The notes: generated from the sequence alone by a model not told the origin. Shown: positions 25,467-38,756, counted from the stretch's first letter. The stretch is 40,437 nt of DNA from Octopus bimaculoides (GCF_001194135.2 NC_068999.1:48276517-48316953); one strand, 5' to 3'. Numbers and translations are program-made.

Positions 25467-26527
25467 CTGAAAACACAGAAATTTAGTAGAAGTATGTATT
25501 CTAAATACACACCTCTACTGAGGACAGACACCCTATCATTGTAACAAAAAGGAGTAACATATTGGATAGTGTTGTCTTAGGTGTGTGGTAAGAAGCTTGC
25601 TTCCCAACCATATGGTTCTGGGTTCAGTCCCACTGTGTGGTACCTTGGACAAATGTTTTCTACTATTTCCTCAGGCCAACTAGAGTCTTGTGAGTGGATT
25701 TGGTAAACAGAAACTGAAAGAAGCCTGTTGTATATGTGTGTGTCTGTGTTCCTCCACCATTGCTTGACAACTGATGTTGGTGTGTCTCGGTCCTTGTAAC
25801 TTAGCCGTTTGGCAAAAGAGAATAAGTACTAGACTTCCTCGACTAAAATGAGTGGTGCTCCAGCATAGCCACAGTCAAATGACTGAAACAAGTAAAAGAA
25901 TAAAAGAATGCAATGTTCGAGAGCAGGATGGAATAGTTCTGATCATGGCTGTACTTAGGACTGACCTTCCTTAAAAAAAGCACAATCTCCACTTGTAAGC
26001 TGTATATGGCTGGCAATGAGTCTACTTGGGACTGACCTGAAGCTAAACAACTTCCTTAAAAAAATCACAAACTCCACTTGTTGTTGGCTATATAGGACTG
26101 ACAAGTTCCATACTTTATAACTAAGTAGCTAAGTACTTGGCAGTTAGTGTCAAGTACTCTTGCTGTGGAAAACAGTGCCTTTAATAAATACAATTGTTGA
26201 AATAAATAACAATAAAAAAAAGAGAATTCTTCCAAATGAATTGACTCTTCTCTACAAAGCTTTTAGAACAATCTGGATTTTAGATATAAGTTAAAGAGGG
26301 GAGGGAGAATCTCTGTGTGAGTACAAACCTTGTATATAAATGTACCGTGCATAGAAGGGGAGGGCCTTATAAAAAGTAACATCTGACACTTATTCAAAGT
26401 AACATCCCAACCACAAGAAGAGGCTTGAATAGTCAATAATGGCTTTTATTCACATTCTTGTTTTAATTTTTGTTAGTTTGAAAAAATATTACAGAAAAGT
26501 CAGGAAATACATACCGTTTCTGTTTGA

Positions 26528-26634
26528 TCACTGGCCTATCTGAGCATTGTTGAGAGCTTGTAAAACATGATTAAGAGCCACTACACAATTACACAATGGG
26601 TTTGATGGCCCATCGGTTTCTGCTACAAGAATAA
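26528..26634 (-). CDS. Profilin-like protein, C-terminal coding exon (F)ILVAETDGPSNPLCNCVVALNHVLQALNNAQIGQ*
   Basis: Acceptor tttttctggtttttaacag, phase 1 matching the upstream exon, TGA at 26528-26530, donor AAACG|gtatgt after 26515. Matches the profilin last strand and C-terminal helix. Confidence 0.8.
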
Positions 26635-27348
26635 CTGTTAAAAACCAGAAAAATTCAGAGTATATATAAAAAAAGCATACTTTGGAAATCCAAATCTATC
26701 AAAACAAAGTGTTCTCATAGCGGAGCAATAAAATATTCAGTAACCCAAAGATCATTGAAGAGGCTTCATAGAATTAGGGAATAATTTATGAATCATTAAT
26801 TTAAATAACCTTGAATTACACGTTTTTTACCTCCTCATCAACAAATTAGGTCAATTTATTTATTTCCTTAAACAAGTCGTGTACTGAAAATAAATTTGCA
26901 TGAACATCACTGTTATACAAATGAGGTTGTTCATTTCCAGCCTTCCATGGAAAATATTCAATGGGTTTGAATGATTCACCCTTAGAAACATGGGTGTTTC
27001 ATTCATCATCCTTAAACAACCCTTATTCAGGGACTTTTTGAGTAGGATGGGTAACTCAACCTGAAGAAAATTCTAACTGGACCCTACCCGCAAGATCATA
27101 TATAGTGAGCTTCATAACCACACAACCCTTACTGGAAAAGAAGAGGAAGTGGTATACATTGTAACGATCAAGATAATGAAAAATTATTCTAATTAAGATT
27201 TTTTAAAATTTTATTTTAGATGTGATAAAACATCACCTAATCAGTTCATCTTAATTGATCATACATATTTTACATTACAAAATAACCAATGTTATTCAAA
27301 GCCATATTAACACTGTTATTAAGAAAAATTAATTATAAATCAACTTAC

Positions 27349-27511
27349 ATCCATTACCTAACCCAACCACCAATCCACGTTCAGAACACTTAAACTTTGC
27401 CATGTTCTCATCAATTTGTATTTTAAAGTACTTAGAGCCTCGATACATAACGGAGCATACACTTGCATCACTAAAAACTTTTGCTAATTCCTTAACGGTT
27501 TCCGAGTCCAG
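27349..27511 (-). CDS. Profilin-like protein, central coding exon LDSETVKELAKVFSDASVCSVMYRGSKYFKIQIDENMAKFKCSERGLVVGLGNG
   Basis: Long polypyrimidine tract ending tttttcag, donor GGAT|gtaagt, 163 nt open (phase 0 in, phase 1 out). Matches the profilin helix (..E.K.L...F.D), G.KY....D and K....G strands. Confidence 0.85.
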
Positions 27512-30500
27512 CTGAAAAATAGAAATAACAAAAAAAGAAAGAAAGAAAGAAAAAATTACTTTACAGAAGCCAATTGATGCAATTATAAATGGTAACAGAT
27601 TATTTGAAATTTTTGCCTTTACTTTGTCTCAAAGCTCAATCTCTACTTGTTTAGGCTTCCCAACGACTCATCTTCATTACACCATGCCCTTCTATCTACA
27701 GGACTGTTTCTCAGTTACTGTAATTATAGGACAGTGCTACCATTAATCCCTCTTCTCGGAACTTTTTTCCTTGTACACACAGCATTATCCCTTACCACTG
27801 GAGCAAAAGGCATAAGTAATCCTAATACACATTTTAAACTTCACTTAAGCAATTGGAAGTTTTGAGTTTTAAAAGCATCAAGTCTGAAACTAAAAGTAGT
27901 CGAGATTATCATCATTATCATTTTCCACCTCCTCCCTATCATCCACAATCTTCTCTTCCACATCACCATCATCATCACTATCATCAGAATAACAATTAGC
28001 AGCTCCTCTTCTTTTAACTTTCTGTGGAGGTAGCATGTCTCATTTAAGATAATGTGACATGCTTGACATCTCTTACATTGAAGACGTATGAATTGATATA
28101 GTCATAAACCTACTTAATACATTCATTCATCCAGTTTTCGTTGTGCCTTGTGGCACTTGAGGCGACAGCAAGATCATTCCACCTTCTAACACTGAAAGCC
28201 TCCTTAACACGATCAGGTCTTCTTTTTTTTTTTCCTTTTATAAATTTTCCCCAAGCAGCTGTGTAAAATACAGTTGATGTACAGGGCATTGAGGGGAAAT
28301 ATGTGGACAGGGAAGGGTTCTAAAGTGTTGCAGTTTTTTGAAGGATGTAAATGAAAGGATTTAACCAAAAATACACACACACACATCAATCTCTGTGGAG
28401 GGAACCTGTAGAAGAGGTAGACTCAGGAAAACATGGGACAAGGTAGTGAAATATGATCTTCAGATGTAGTGTCCCATGAAGATGATGATAAGTGGCCAAG
28501 ACTTCTGGCTATTTGCCGTGCTTGGGAAAACACTTCAAGCTAAGTGAAATCGTAATCGTGGCCAGTACGAGTGGTTGCTTGATTCAACTCCTGTGTGTCT
28601 GATACTCAATCTGTCTACTTCAGTACACAAAACATTTTGTCCAATATTACTCTTTTTCTCAGCTCTAGTTTTGCATATTAATTTTCCCCTTAACCCTTTT
28701 GATACCAACCAACCTAAGACTGTCCCTGGTTCTATAACAGAAAGTTCCTGTTTTAAAGTGATCTAAATCAAAACCTTTTATCAAAATTTTATGTTAATTT
28801 ATGTTCTAAATACCAGCTTAGTAATTGACAAAGATATTTTAGTAAATCTTTGTTTAAAAATTGATTGAAACAAAGAATATTTTAACAGAAATATGGCAAC
28901 AAACAGGTTAAGCAGAAAGTGAATGTTTTAAAATATAATTAATTGCACTGATCCTACAATATAACTGGTTAAATCTCTCTTGATCTGAAACAAATGAAAA
29001 ACAAAGCAGACAGCAACAGAATATGCATTAATAACACCCACCACTTCATAATCTCTAACAACACATTATCCTTCCTGTTAAAAGGCTATTCATGGAAAAC
29101 AAACTTAAATACATTACTCTTAAATCTCTCCAAAAATCTGTATCATAATATCAAAATTTTTGCACATATTCCCATATGATAAGAAGTTATTTAATAAAAA
29201 TGGTGCTAGGAATGGTATCAATAACAATGTTGATCTCTAAAAAGCAAGGGACAAATTATTGATTAACCTTTTTGGTACCAAAATACCTGAGATCACATTT
29301 GGTTTTGTGATACAAAGCTATTCATTTTAAAGTGTAAGATATTATACTTATAATTTGTGAATTCTTCTTAGAGGCTTGACTTGACACCTCTCATGACAAG
29401 AAATCATTACATTAAGAATGAATGATTCAAAAAATAGAAACATTTTTTAGAGACATACTAAATTCATCATAGAAATTCACTTAGAAAATCAAATATTTTG
29501 CTTCTATATTATTATGTCAAATTAATAGCAAACAAGAATTTTATGAAGACTACATAGATAGTTGAAATATCTGATAATAATTCTAGATGGTTAAAAAGTC
29601 AAACCAAAGCAAGATGTTTTCCTTAGTCTGTAAGATACAGTAATTCTTTATGAAAACTAAACTTTATACAGCTATTCGGGATGTGTGTGCATGCTTTCTT
29701 TTAATTGTTGCAATCTTCCTTGGTAAACATGAAGAGATTCTATCTTTGTCATATTTTCCATAAAGCCTGCAAAGGAACAAACAGATGCTTATTGTCATTA
29801 TCTGCATTCATACCTTAATTTTCACTTTAGAATTTGAGAAATGCCAGTGATGAAGTGTGAAATATTTTATCCAGAAACTTCTTTGATAGAAAACAGGCAC
29901 CAAAATACATGAAACAATCTAAAACGGAATGACTGCTTACTTACAGCTTGTTCTAACAATTTCTACAACCAATGAAACCATTTTCCAATATATGATTTAT
30001 AATTAGCTAATTTTCCTTTTATTTTTGTAAATATAGTTCTCTTTTACTTGTTAGTAGCTTGGTAAAAGTTTGGGTCAAATAAATAAGAATACACTTTGAA
30101 TATACAAAAAAAATTCACATTTTAACAAAATATTGAGCATGGTTTAAATTACACCTTTTTTCCAACTAGGGAAAAAAGGTCTCAGAATATCATTCGGGGT
30201 CCTATATGTAAAGTTGGGTCTGTTATTACAAGTTTTAATGCACTAAAAACTATTTTTCCTGAATGCTATCTATCATCATCATCAACCACCACGTCCATTT
30301 TCCATGCTGGCATGGGTTGGACGGTTTGACTAGAGCTGGCAAGCTAGAGAGCTACATTAGGTTCTAGTCATGTGTTTTGGCTTGGTTTCTATGACTGGAT
30401 TTTCCTAACGCCATCTATTTTACAGAGCATACTGTGTGCTTTTTACATGGCACCATCACAGGTGATTTTTATGTGACACTAGCACAGGTGCTTTTTATGT

Positions 30501-32254
30501 AGCACTGGCACAGGTGCTCTCAATGTGGTACCAGCACTGACAGGGTCACCAAGTAACTTGCAGGACAAAATCCCCTATAGTTGGGAGAGAAGCAATAACT
30601 AAGGTGACTTAGAATATATGTGTTGTTGAAATTGGGATTTGTCCCAATATGACCGTGTGTCTTTTATGCCATCAAATACAGTATACAAATTATATCATTT
30701 TCAAAATACCGAATTGTAGGATGGGCAAGTTGAAAATTGCTTCATAATTGTCAGTGGAAATATTACAATTTGACATACAATTTAGAGAATTAGAAACAAT
30801 ACCTAAAAATTAATAAAGGAAACATTTTTCACCTTCAAAGTTACTGGAAATGTTAAAAAATTTGGACATGTATTATGACATGAAAAAAAGTGTGTGTGTG
30901 TGCATTTAAAACACTTTCAACCTCAAACTAACTACAAGCCTGGAATTGCTTAATTATGAAGCTGCTAAAAGAGAAGCTCTAAATATATTTTTTTAGAATA
31001 GAATCTATTCTCAAAACAAAATTCCTATTCAAATTTCCAATACTAATATACACAAAGTAGTACTGGTCAGCTTACTTTACATATGTTAAAAGGGAAACAA
31101 AAAAAAGACGAGATTTCAAGAGTGAACTGTTACGATTGTATTGTATTGGAAGCTTAATGCATTGAAGCTAAATGTACTAGAAGCTTAGTGCTACTGTAAA
31201 ATCTTCAGTGAGAAAAATGACCAAAAGTTTACTTGTAAAACTATTTAGTGCATATATTAAAATGATACCTGATGAGTATAGGCTTATTGAATCAAATATA
31301 CACTGGGTTAGGTAGATGTCCTTTTACCAAGCAAAATGTTCCTTTTTATACACCGTATCTATCCTGCAACCATTGTTATATAAATTAAACATTAAAGTCT
31401 CAAGTACATAAGACAGGCAACCAACATGCAATGGTCATTCAACAATTTCAAACAAACAAACAATTGACGCTACCAATATACAAAATAGTTATAGTTAATA
31501 AGATAATAGGTTTTTTTTGCTTGTTTTTTGCTATTATTAACCAAATCATTAGAGATGAAATATGTGCCTCGGATATTATCAAGTTTATTTAAGATGGTGA
31601 GCTGGTAGAATCGTTGTCATGTCAGACAAAAAGCCTAGCGGTGTTCCTTCTAACTCATTACGTTCTAAGTTCAAATTCCACTGGGATCAACTGTCTTTCA
31701 ACCCTCCAGGGTTCATAAAGTACCAGTAAAGTACTAGGGTTGGTGATATCAGCTACCCACCTCCCCTCAAAACATCTGGATTTGGGTCAAAATTTGAAAC
31801 CATTAAGGCATTGTGCTTCTTTTGGATTTATGTTTTTTACAAACTAGATTATATATGTGTGTGTGTATTATATATAGATATATAAGATTGCATTTCTTAA
31901 GATTGGTGGCATTGTCAGATCACAAAAACCTGTTGGCCCATGACCTCTTAAAAATATGGAGGGGGAAATGCCTCCTCCTGTTGGTTTGGGATCTAGTCAG
32001 TTTGGTTGCCAGTATCAATTCTGTTTGAATTGATTTCATATTGTCTCCAACTAGGCAACTACAGGAATTGGTGATTAAATGGCTAAAATTAATGTAGGCA
32101 AAAATCTTTAGAAACTGGAAATAGTCAAGACAGCAGAATACTTGACTGGATACTGAGATACAACCTCGATATTTTAAAAAATCAAATCTTGTTAGGTGAT
32201 TCCATCAAATACCACCAGTTATGTGTACATACATATGTTTGTGTGTATATATAT

Positions 32255-32462
32255 ATCTTTTACTCTTTTACTTGTTTCAATCATTTGACTGCGGCCATGC
32301 TGGAGCACCGCCTTTAGTCGAGAAAATCGACCCCAGGACTACTCTTTGGAAGCCTAGTACTTACTCTATCGGTCTCTTTTTGCCGAACCGCTAAGTTACG
32401 GGGACATAAACACACCAGCATCGGTTGTCAAGCGATGGTGGGGGGACAAACACAGACACACA

Positions 32463-32465
<3 letters not shown>
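32255..32465 (-). mobile_element. Abundant SINE-like 3' module ending in (GAGTAAAA)n
   Basis: gtcccccc-accatcgcttgacaaccgatgctggtg..ttagcggttcggcaaaa..gcggtgctccagcatggccgcagtc. Copies at about 10720-10930, 17270-17470 and 25740-25910 (+). Confidence 0.75.
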
Positions 32466-32494
<29 letters not shown>

Positions 32495-33289
32495 CGANNN
32501 NNNNNNNNNNNNNNNNNNNNNNNNNNNNNNNNNNNNNNNNNNNNNNNNNNNNNNNNNNNNNNNNNNNNNNNNNNNNNNNNNNNNNNNNNNNNNNNNNNNN
32601 NNNNNNNNNNNNNNNNNNNNNNNNNNNNNNNNNNNNNNNNNNNNNNNNNNNNNNNNNNNNNNNNNNNNNNNNNNNNNNNNNNNNNNNNNNNNNNNNNNNN
32701 NNNNNNNNNNNNNNNNNNNNNGACATGTAATATACAATCTTTCATACAAAACAATGAGTGAGTAGGGGGGGGGATAGGCTGAATAATCTAGAAATGATTT
32801 CTTTTATATTTTCACGGTTTTTCTTCTTCAATTAAACACTGAAAGGCTAAAAAAAAAAGATAAGGAAGCTGTTGGGTTGTGAAACGAAATTTATAAACAA
32901 CTATTGTTCGTGGAGAATGTGTAAGAGACGAAACATCAATACTATTAATAATTTAAATGGTTTTTATATATCGATATATAATTACAAAACTTGTAAGAAA
33001 ACAAACAGGAGTGGATAAAGAGAAACCAAAATTAAAAAGTAATAAAGTAATAAATCAATGACAACAATTTAGATTGACAACTTGCTTTAAAAATAGTAGG
33101 AGAAATGGTGACGAACAGAAAAGAGTATGTGAGTGTTTCCGGAGACAATAAGAAAGAAAAGTATCGATATGAGGTCGGTAGGAGTGAAAATATGAGTAAA
33201 GACAACAGACGTTGGCAAGCAAGAAGGAAGCAGAACGGGGGTGGGGTGTGAAAGATCAGATAATGGAATGTGCAGACAACAAATATACA

Positions 33290-33470
33290 TATGTAATACC
33301 CAGCAGAGTAAGCACATAAATGTGAAACGAGGTGCGAAAAATAGTACTCGAATACCGGAGGTAGAGTAATATGTTTATTATTGAAGCTGCAAAAATATCA
33401 CAAAAAACTGCTACTCAGAGTTTCACGTTCCCGTTCGTCGGACACTCGAAACTCCGAGTAGCAGTTTTTG
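33290..33470 (-). mobile_element. Putative PLE pseudo-LTR fragment with a non-canonical hammerhead-like core and inverted duplication
   Basis: Minus strand reads CCGACGA-ACG-GGAA-CGT-GAAA-CTCTGAG-TA-gcagtttt. 22 bp inverted repeat with one mismatch at 33403-33424 / 33448-33469. Homologous to 40255-40437. Confidence 0.6.
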
Positions 33471-33513
33471 GCGAGCTTTCGATATCAGTACGAAATATTG
33501 GCCTTTTCCGTAA

Positions 33514-33560
33514 AAAGTTTATTTTACCAAAGTTTATTTTACCAAAGTTTATTTTACCAA
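33514..33560. repeat. 15 bp tandem repeat x3 (aaagtttattttacc)
   Basis: Direct reading. Confidence 0.9.
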
Positions 33561-34151
33561 AAATGAAAACTACAACTGTCACTAAATGACTAGGATGTTA
33601 GAAACACCTACATTGCTAGAAATAAGAGCTAAAATGCTCTAATGCTGTAGTTTATATACATATATATATATAAGCAATCGCTCTCTTTTTGGTCTTAGAA
33701 CTGTTCGTTAGTTTCCGTAATTTTTTATTATTTTTTTACTTTTGGTTTCATAACATGTCGAAGGCGACATTAGCTTTGAAGTTGGGAAAAGATGAACAGG
33801 AAGTTGAAAAAGAGTTCATAACTCCAACTAAAAACATTTGTTTCCCCTTACACACACTTCCTGTTTTGATACCACACTTCCTGCTTAACACAAACTTTTA
33901 ACCCCTTTTTTTAAACCTAACACAACTCTCAATTCTCATGCATCCTTATTTTTCCAACCATTATATACATGAACTACCATTGAACTTCAAAAGCTCAAAG
34001 ACAATATAATGTATTGGTATAGTTATTTTTTTATATATTATTTTTTTTTATATATTATTTTCTTCATTTTGTACTTTTTTGTAAAAAACATTTTCATTCT
34101 CCTTCTTGAAAATTTGCTACGCAATGAAAGCCGGTTAGAAANNNNNNNNNN

Positions 34152-34183
<32 letters not shown>

Positions 34184-34333
34184 TAGGGACGTGAAACCAA
34201 GAGTAACCAAACTACGACCCACTGTGCCACACTATCCCTTTTGTGTAGGTACCTGCAATGAGAGTTCATTCCTGCAGCGATCATGTTTTAACTTGCATTG
34301 CCGCGTGTTTAAACCGGTTTGAAGAGTGCTGTA

Positions 34334-34415
34334 TATATAAAAGAGGCTGGCTTCAGTGAATTATGTTATAATATTTTGTATATTTGTGTGTTGAAAGAGC
34401 TCACAAGATGTAAGC
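34334..34415 (+). promoter_or_regulatory. Possible TATA/Inr core promoter and short first exon
   Basis: TATATAAAAG at 34334-34343, TCAGT at 34353-34357, donor CAAGAT|gtaagc after 34409. The spacing is slightly short and no downstream coding exon was identified. Confidence 0.25.
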
Positions 34416-34611
34416 ATCTAATATTTTCGAAAGTTGATTTTTATTTAAGCTCTACATAAGCGCCCTGTTTATACACTGCATCATACATTAGCAAGCACTC
34501 TGTGGGAAAAAGACAGATATTTCTTGTGTACTGCAACCAGTCATTTCTGTAGTAAACTTCATTCGGGGTCATGCATTTAACTACTGCCAGTTTCAAGCTT
34601 TTCTTGAATAA

Positions 34612-34788
<177 letters not shown>

Positions 34789-35659
34789 TGATAATCCATG
34801 CTTGAGAAGAGCTGTCAAGCCAAGTGAAACTGTAGTAGTAGCTAATGCCGGTGTCACATAACAGGCACCTATGCCGGAGGAACATAAAAAGCACCCTTTG
34901 AATGCCAGGCCTCACAGATGTGAGGAGACTCGTCAAGTCAAGCGAAATCATAGTTGTGGCCAATGCTGATGTCACATAAAAAGCCGCCATTGCACTCTTG
35001 CAGTGGTTAGCATTAGGAAGGTGTCCAGCCACAGAACCCATGCCAAATCAGATTAAAATCTGGTGCAGCTGTCCTGTTTACCAGTTTCAGTCAAACCATC
35101 CAACCCATGCCAGCATGGAAAGCAGATGCTAAATGATGATATGTATGTATATATATATAAGTGAAATTCTGTCTGTCTGGGACCCCTGAATCTCAGTCTA
35201 CATTTGCTCTACATAGACATATTATACCTTTTTGGAATTAGGATGATCCTGGGATTGAAAATCTGCCCTTCGTTTGGTTTTTGAACATCCAGCATTGGGA
35301 TTTGATTTCAAAGTACTTTGGTTGCTGTTTCTAGCAGGTAAAGCCTGGCTGATTCACACCATCTTGGTTGATGCTTGTCAGATGACGTCAGAGATCAAGG
35401 GGAAGATAAATTATATTTGCTTCTTTTAATTTTACGTCCAGATAAGAACTTTGGTACAAACTGGCCAACAGTTGAAATTCAACTTGGGACTGGAACAATA
35501 GAATGATTGCATTACAGAATTAATTCTCATCCATCTTTAACCTCTGATCAAACAGCATCAAGGAATCTAGTCATTATGGACATACAGTCATGCTATTTAG
35601 CTCTCTTTGATTTTTGGCTGCAGGCCCAATTAGCCCTCTGCAGGAGCTAGCTTTAAAGA

Positions 35660-35830
35660 CCTCTGACTATTCAAAGAATCCTTATCTTTAAGCTTCCAGA
35701 TCCTTCTTTTCCAAACTGGCTTATTTCTAGGAATCTTTCATGCCTGCAATCTGAAGTCACTAATGAGTGACCTGTGCTGAGGTGTACACTCTTCACCAGG
35801 GAAGGACTTTGCATTCATGAGCAATCCTGA
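35660..35830 (-). pseudogene. RTE-clade LINE endonuclease C-terminal relic
   Basis: Minus strand reads LLMNAKSFPGEECTPQHRSLISDFRLQA*KIPRNKPVWKRRIWKLKD. Confidence 0.75.
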
Positions 35831-36237
35831 ATCTCACTTTCTGGTGGGAATGTAGTCTATGTGGCTAGCATAGGGCACCGGATTTAGAGGTTATCATGAC
35901 TCGCTGGTTTACTGAAGTTGGTGATGCACCATGTATATCAATTATATTAAGAGCTATTACAATTAGTAAATGCCTCATTAATGGTGTACGACTAAATCTG
36001 TTTCTAAGAGTTAACCTTCCATGTTGCATTCCCTTGCTTTTGGTGCATTGCATATTTATTGAAGTAGTTTGACTTTAGCATCCCATTGCAGCATGAGGTG
36101 TTTTCTTCTAGTGATAGTCCTTAATATTATTAATGTATTAATATTTAAAGGACAAATTATATACTTTGAATTAATTCTTCCTAAACTGGTTTATCCACTC
36201 TGGCTATTTCATAAGTGCTTATATAGATTTTATCCTT

Positions 36238-36244
<7 letters not shown>

Positions 36245-36281
<37 letters not shown>

Positions 36282-36515
36282 CATATATATATACATACAT
36301 ATATATATACATATATATACATATATATATACATATATATACATATATATATATACATANNNNNNNNNNCATATACACACACACACATATATATACACAC
36401 ACATATATATATACATATGTATATACACATACACATATATATACACACACATATATATATATACACATACATATATATATATATACACACACACATATAT
36501 ACACATACATATATA
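36245..36515. repeat. (TA)/(TACA)/(CA) microsatellite
   Basis: Direct reading. Confidence 0.95.
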
Positions 36516-37014
36516 TTCAGGCCAGTAGCGTATTTTTCTGCAATAAATGGATAATTTATCCTGATCACGCTATTTATAGCACTATCACGCGTTTGAGAAA
36601 TAAATCTATTTCTGTTCTTACAATATATATATATATATATACACATACATATATATATATATACACACACACATATATACACATACATATATATTCAGGC
36701 CAGTAGCGTATTTTTCTGCAATAAATGNNNNNNNNNNNNNNNNNNNNNNNNNNNNNNNNNNNNNNNNNNNNNNNNNNNNNNNNNNNNNNNNNNNNNNNNN
36801 NNNNNNNNNNNNNNNNNNNNNNNNNNNNNNNNNNNNNNNNNNNNNNNNNNNNNNNNNNNNNNNNNTGTAGAAACTCTGCCAAATCAGACTGGAGCCTGGT
36901 GTTGCCATCCGGTTTCACCAGTCCTCAGTCAAATCGTCCAACCCATGCTAGCATGGAAAGCGGACGTTAAACGATGATGATGATGATACACACACACACA
37001 TGCATATATATATA

Positions 37015-38145
37015 TTAGCAGAGATACCCAGCATTGGTCGGAATTAAAATGTCATAGTTTGTATATAATATATTACAGTTATGTTGAAACAGGTGATATG
37101 GGAAAGTGCAGCATTGACAACAAAACATTTGTGGAGTAAATGCTGGGCTAATTCGACTAAGCAACATTCTATGCGTCCGTTTGGAGTAGTCCAGGCCCTA
37201 ACCAGTCATGGAAAATTGGAGGTGGGGTTTATGTGATTTTCGAATGCACCAAAAAGCTGTCAGTGGATATACTCTTCTTTCCAGCAGTCGGCGCTGTGTT
37301 TAACATGACCCCTCATCTGAAATTTTGACACTTCCGTCGGGTTTGTTGTCCTTCATCACTCATAAAGTAAATTTGGAGGAACTGTGGTTGTTCATTTGCA
37401 GGTAACAGGGAACCAATGAGGTGACAGACTTGCCCTTGAACTTTGACATCGCCGTAAATTCATGTTTATCTACCTTCTTAGATGCACCAAATGATGTCAT
37501 TTGAAATGCAGAGTTGTATTGTCTGATATTGTTCAGAAAATCCTTTGACTGGATGGATGCACCTTCTAGAAGATTCATAAGAGGTTGAGAAGGAGCTGTT
37601 AGTGCTGGCAATGTTACCTGACTGCTTGAGCAGCACATACCATTTGTTTCATTTGAAAATTTTAAAGCTCTGTATGAGCCAATGAGGGAAACCTCTACGT
37701 GGTAGCTAGACCTGGTAGAAATAGCAGCCAAATCTCCCTCAAAACACCCTACTGTCTTAATCCAACAATTCTGCCTATTATGTAGTTTGAATGAGAAACT
37801 GTAACTAAAGATTGAGATAATTAACCCCACAGAGAGAGGAAAGAAGAGAGACAGCATAGCGACAGTTTTGGCTGACTGTCATCCTGTACTCCCCTTGTTG
37901 CTAGCGAAATGGTATGTGCCGGCTGAGCAACTGGTTGTTTTAATGGCGGAACAAACAGGACATAAAGATTACAAAAATAGCGATTCTCACTTTGAAACTA
38001 ACAATTTTGTAAATCTTTTTAGATTACGGAATGCGCCGCTCTCTTATGCATCCATGTTTAAAATTTCAGCGTGATTGGATGAGCAATACTCAAGTTATAA
38101 GCGCACAAACAGACAGACAGACAGAATGGATTTTATATATTAAGA
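37015..38145 (-). mobile_element. Non-autonomous, internally deleted Helitron of about 1.13 kb
   Basis: 5' end A|TCTTAATATATAAAA followed by a (TCTG)n tract at 38145; 3' end ccgaccaatgctgggtatctctgCTAA|T (CTAG decayed) at 37015; inserted in an AT dinucleotide. Confidence 0.7.
37330..37700 (-). pseudogene. Helitron RepHel N-terminal (helitron_like_N) fragment
   Basis: ALKFSNETNGMCCSSSQVTLPAL..PSQPLMNLL.G...SKDFLNNIRQYNSAFQMTSFGA, then after a frameshift VKVQGQVCHLIGSLLPANEQPQFLQIYF. Confidence 0.9.
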
Positions 38146-38231
38146 TATACATACATATATGTACATACCTATTCATATATACATACATGTATACACAGAC
38201 ATATATATATATTCTCTCTATTTTCTTGTGT

Positions 38232-38270
38232 TCCTTTCTGTTGAAGAGCATAGGCTCGAAACATAAAATA
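38232..38270 (+). ncRNA. Degenerate or non-canonical minimal hammerhead-like motif
   Basis: ttt-CTGTTGA-A-GAGC-ATAG-GCTC-GAAA-CA-TA-aaa at 38235-38268; A6 of the core is replaced by T. Confidence 0.35.
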
Positions 38271-38349
38271 CTTTCTCATTTTCCTGAGCATTAAACTAAT
38301 ACACCTGTTTGTTGTTTATACACCTGTCTACATCTTGTGNNNNNNNNNN

Positions 38350-38386
<37 letters not shown>

Positions 38387-38724
38387 AACCCATGCTAGCA
38401 TGGAAAGCAGACGTTAAACGATGATATATATATACACACACACACACACACATATACATATATACCTTTATACACATATATAATACATATATATATATAT
38501 ATGCACACATATATAGATATATATATATACATATACACACATATATGTACATAGATACATATATATATATATATGCACACATATATGTACATAGATACAT
38601 ATATATATATATATGCACACATATATAGATATATATATACATATACACACATATATGTACATAGATACATATATATATACATAGATACATATATATATAC
38701 ATATACACACATATATTATATATT

Positions 38725-38756
<32 letters not shown>

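Noticed and set aside
27560-27680. MSRWEA* on the minus strand just upstream of the profilin-like exon, sharing TGGGAAGCC with the 7 kb exon
   Set aside because: Immediate stop codon, no further alignable sequence and an implausibly short intron; treated as a chance 9-mer.
33755-33901. ORF MSKATLALKLGKDEQEVEKEFITPTKNIC...
   Set aside because: Short, with no recognisable domain or splice support.
36500-36727. Tandem duplication of the tattcaggccagtagcg... unit running into a gap
   Set aside because: The second copy is identical and ends at the N run, so it may be an assembly artefact or a collapsed satellite; this cannot be judged here.
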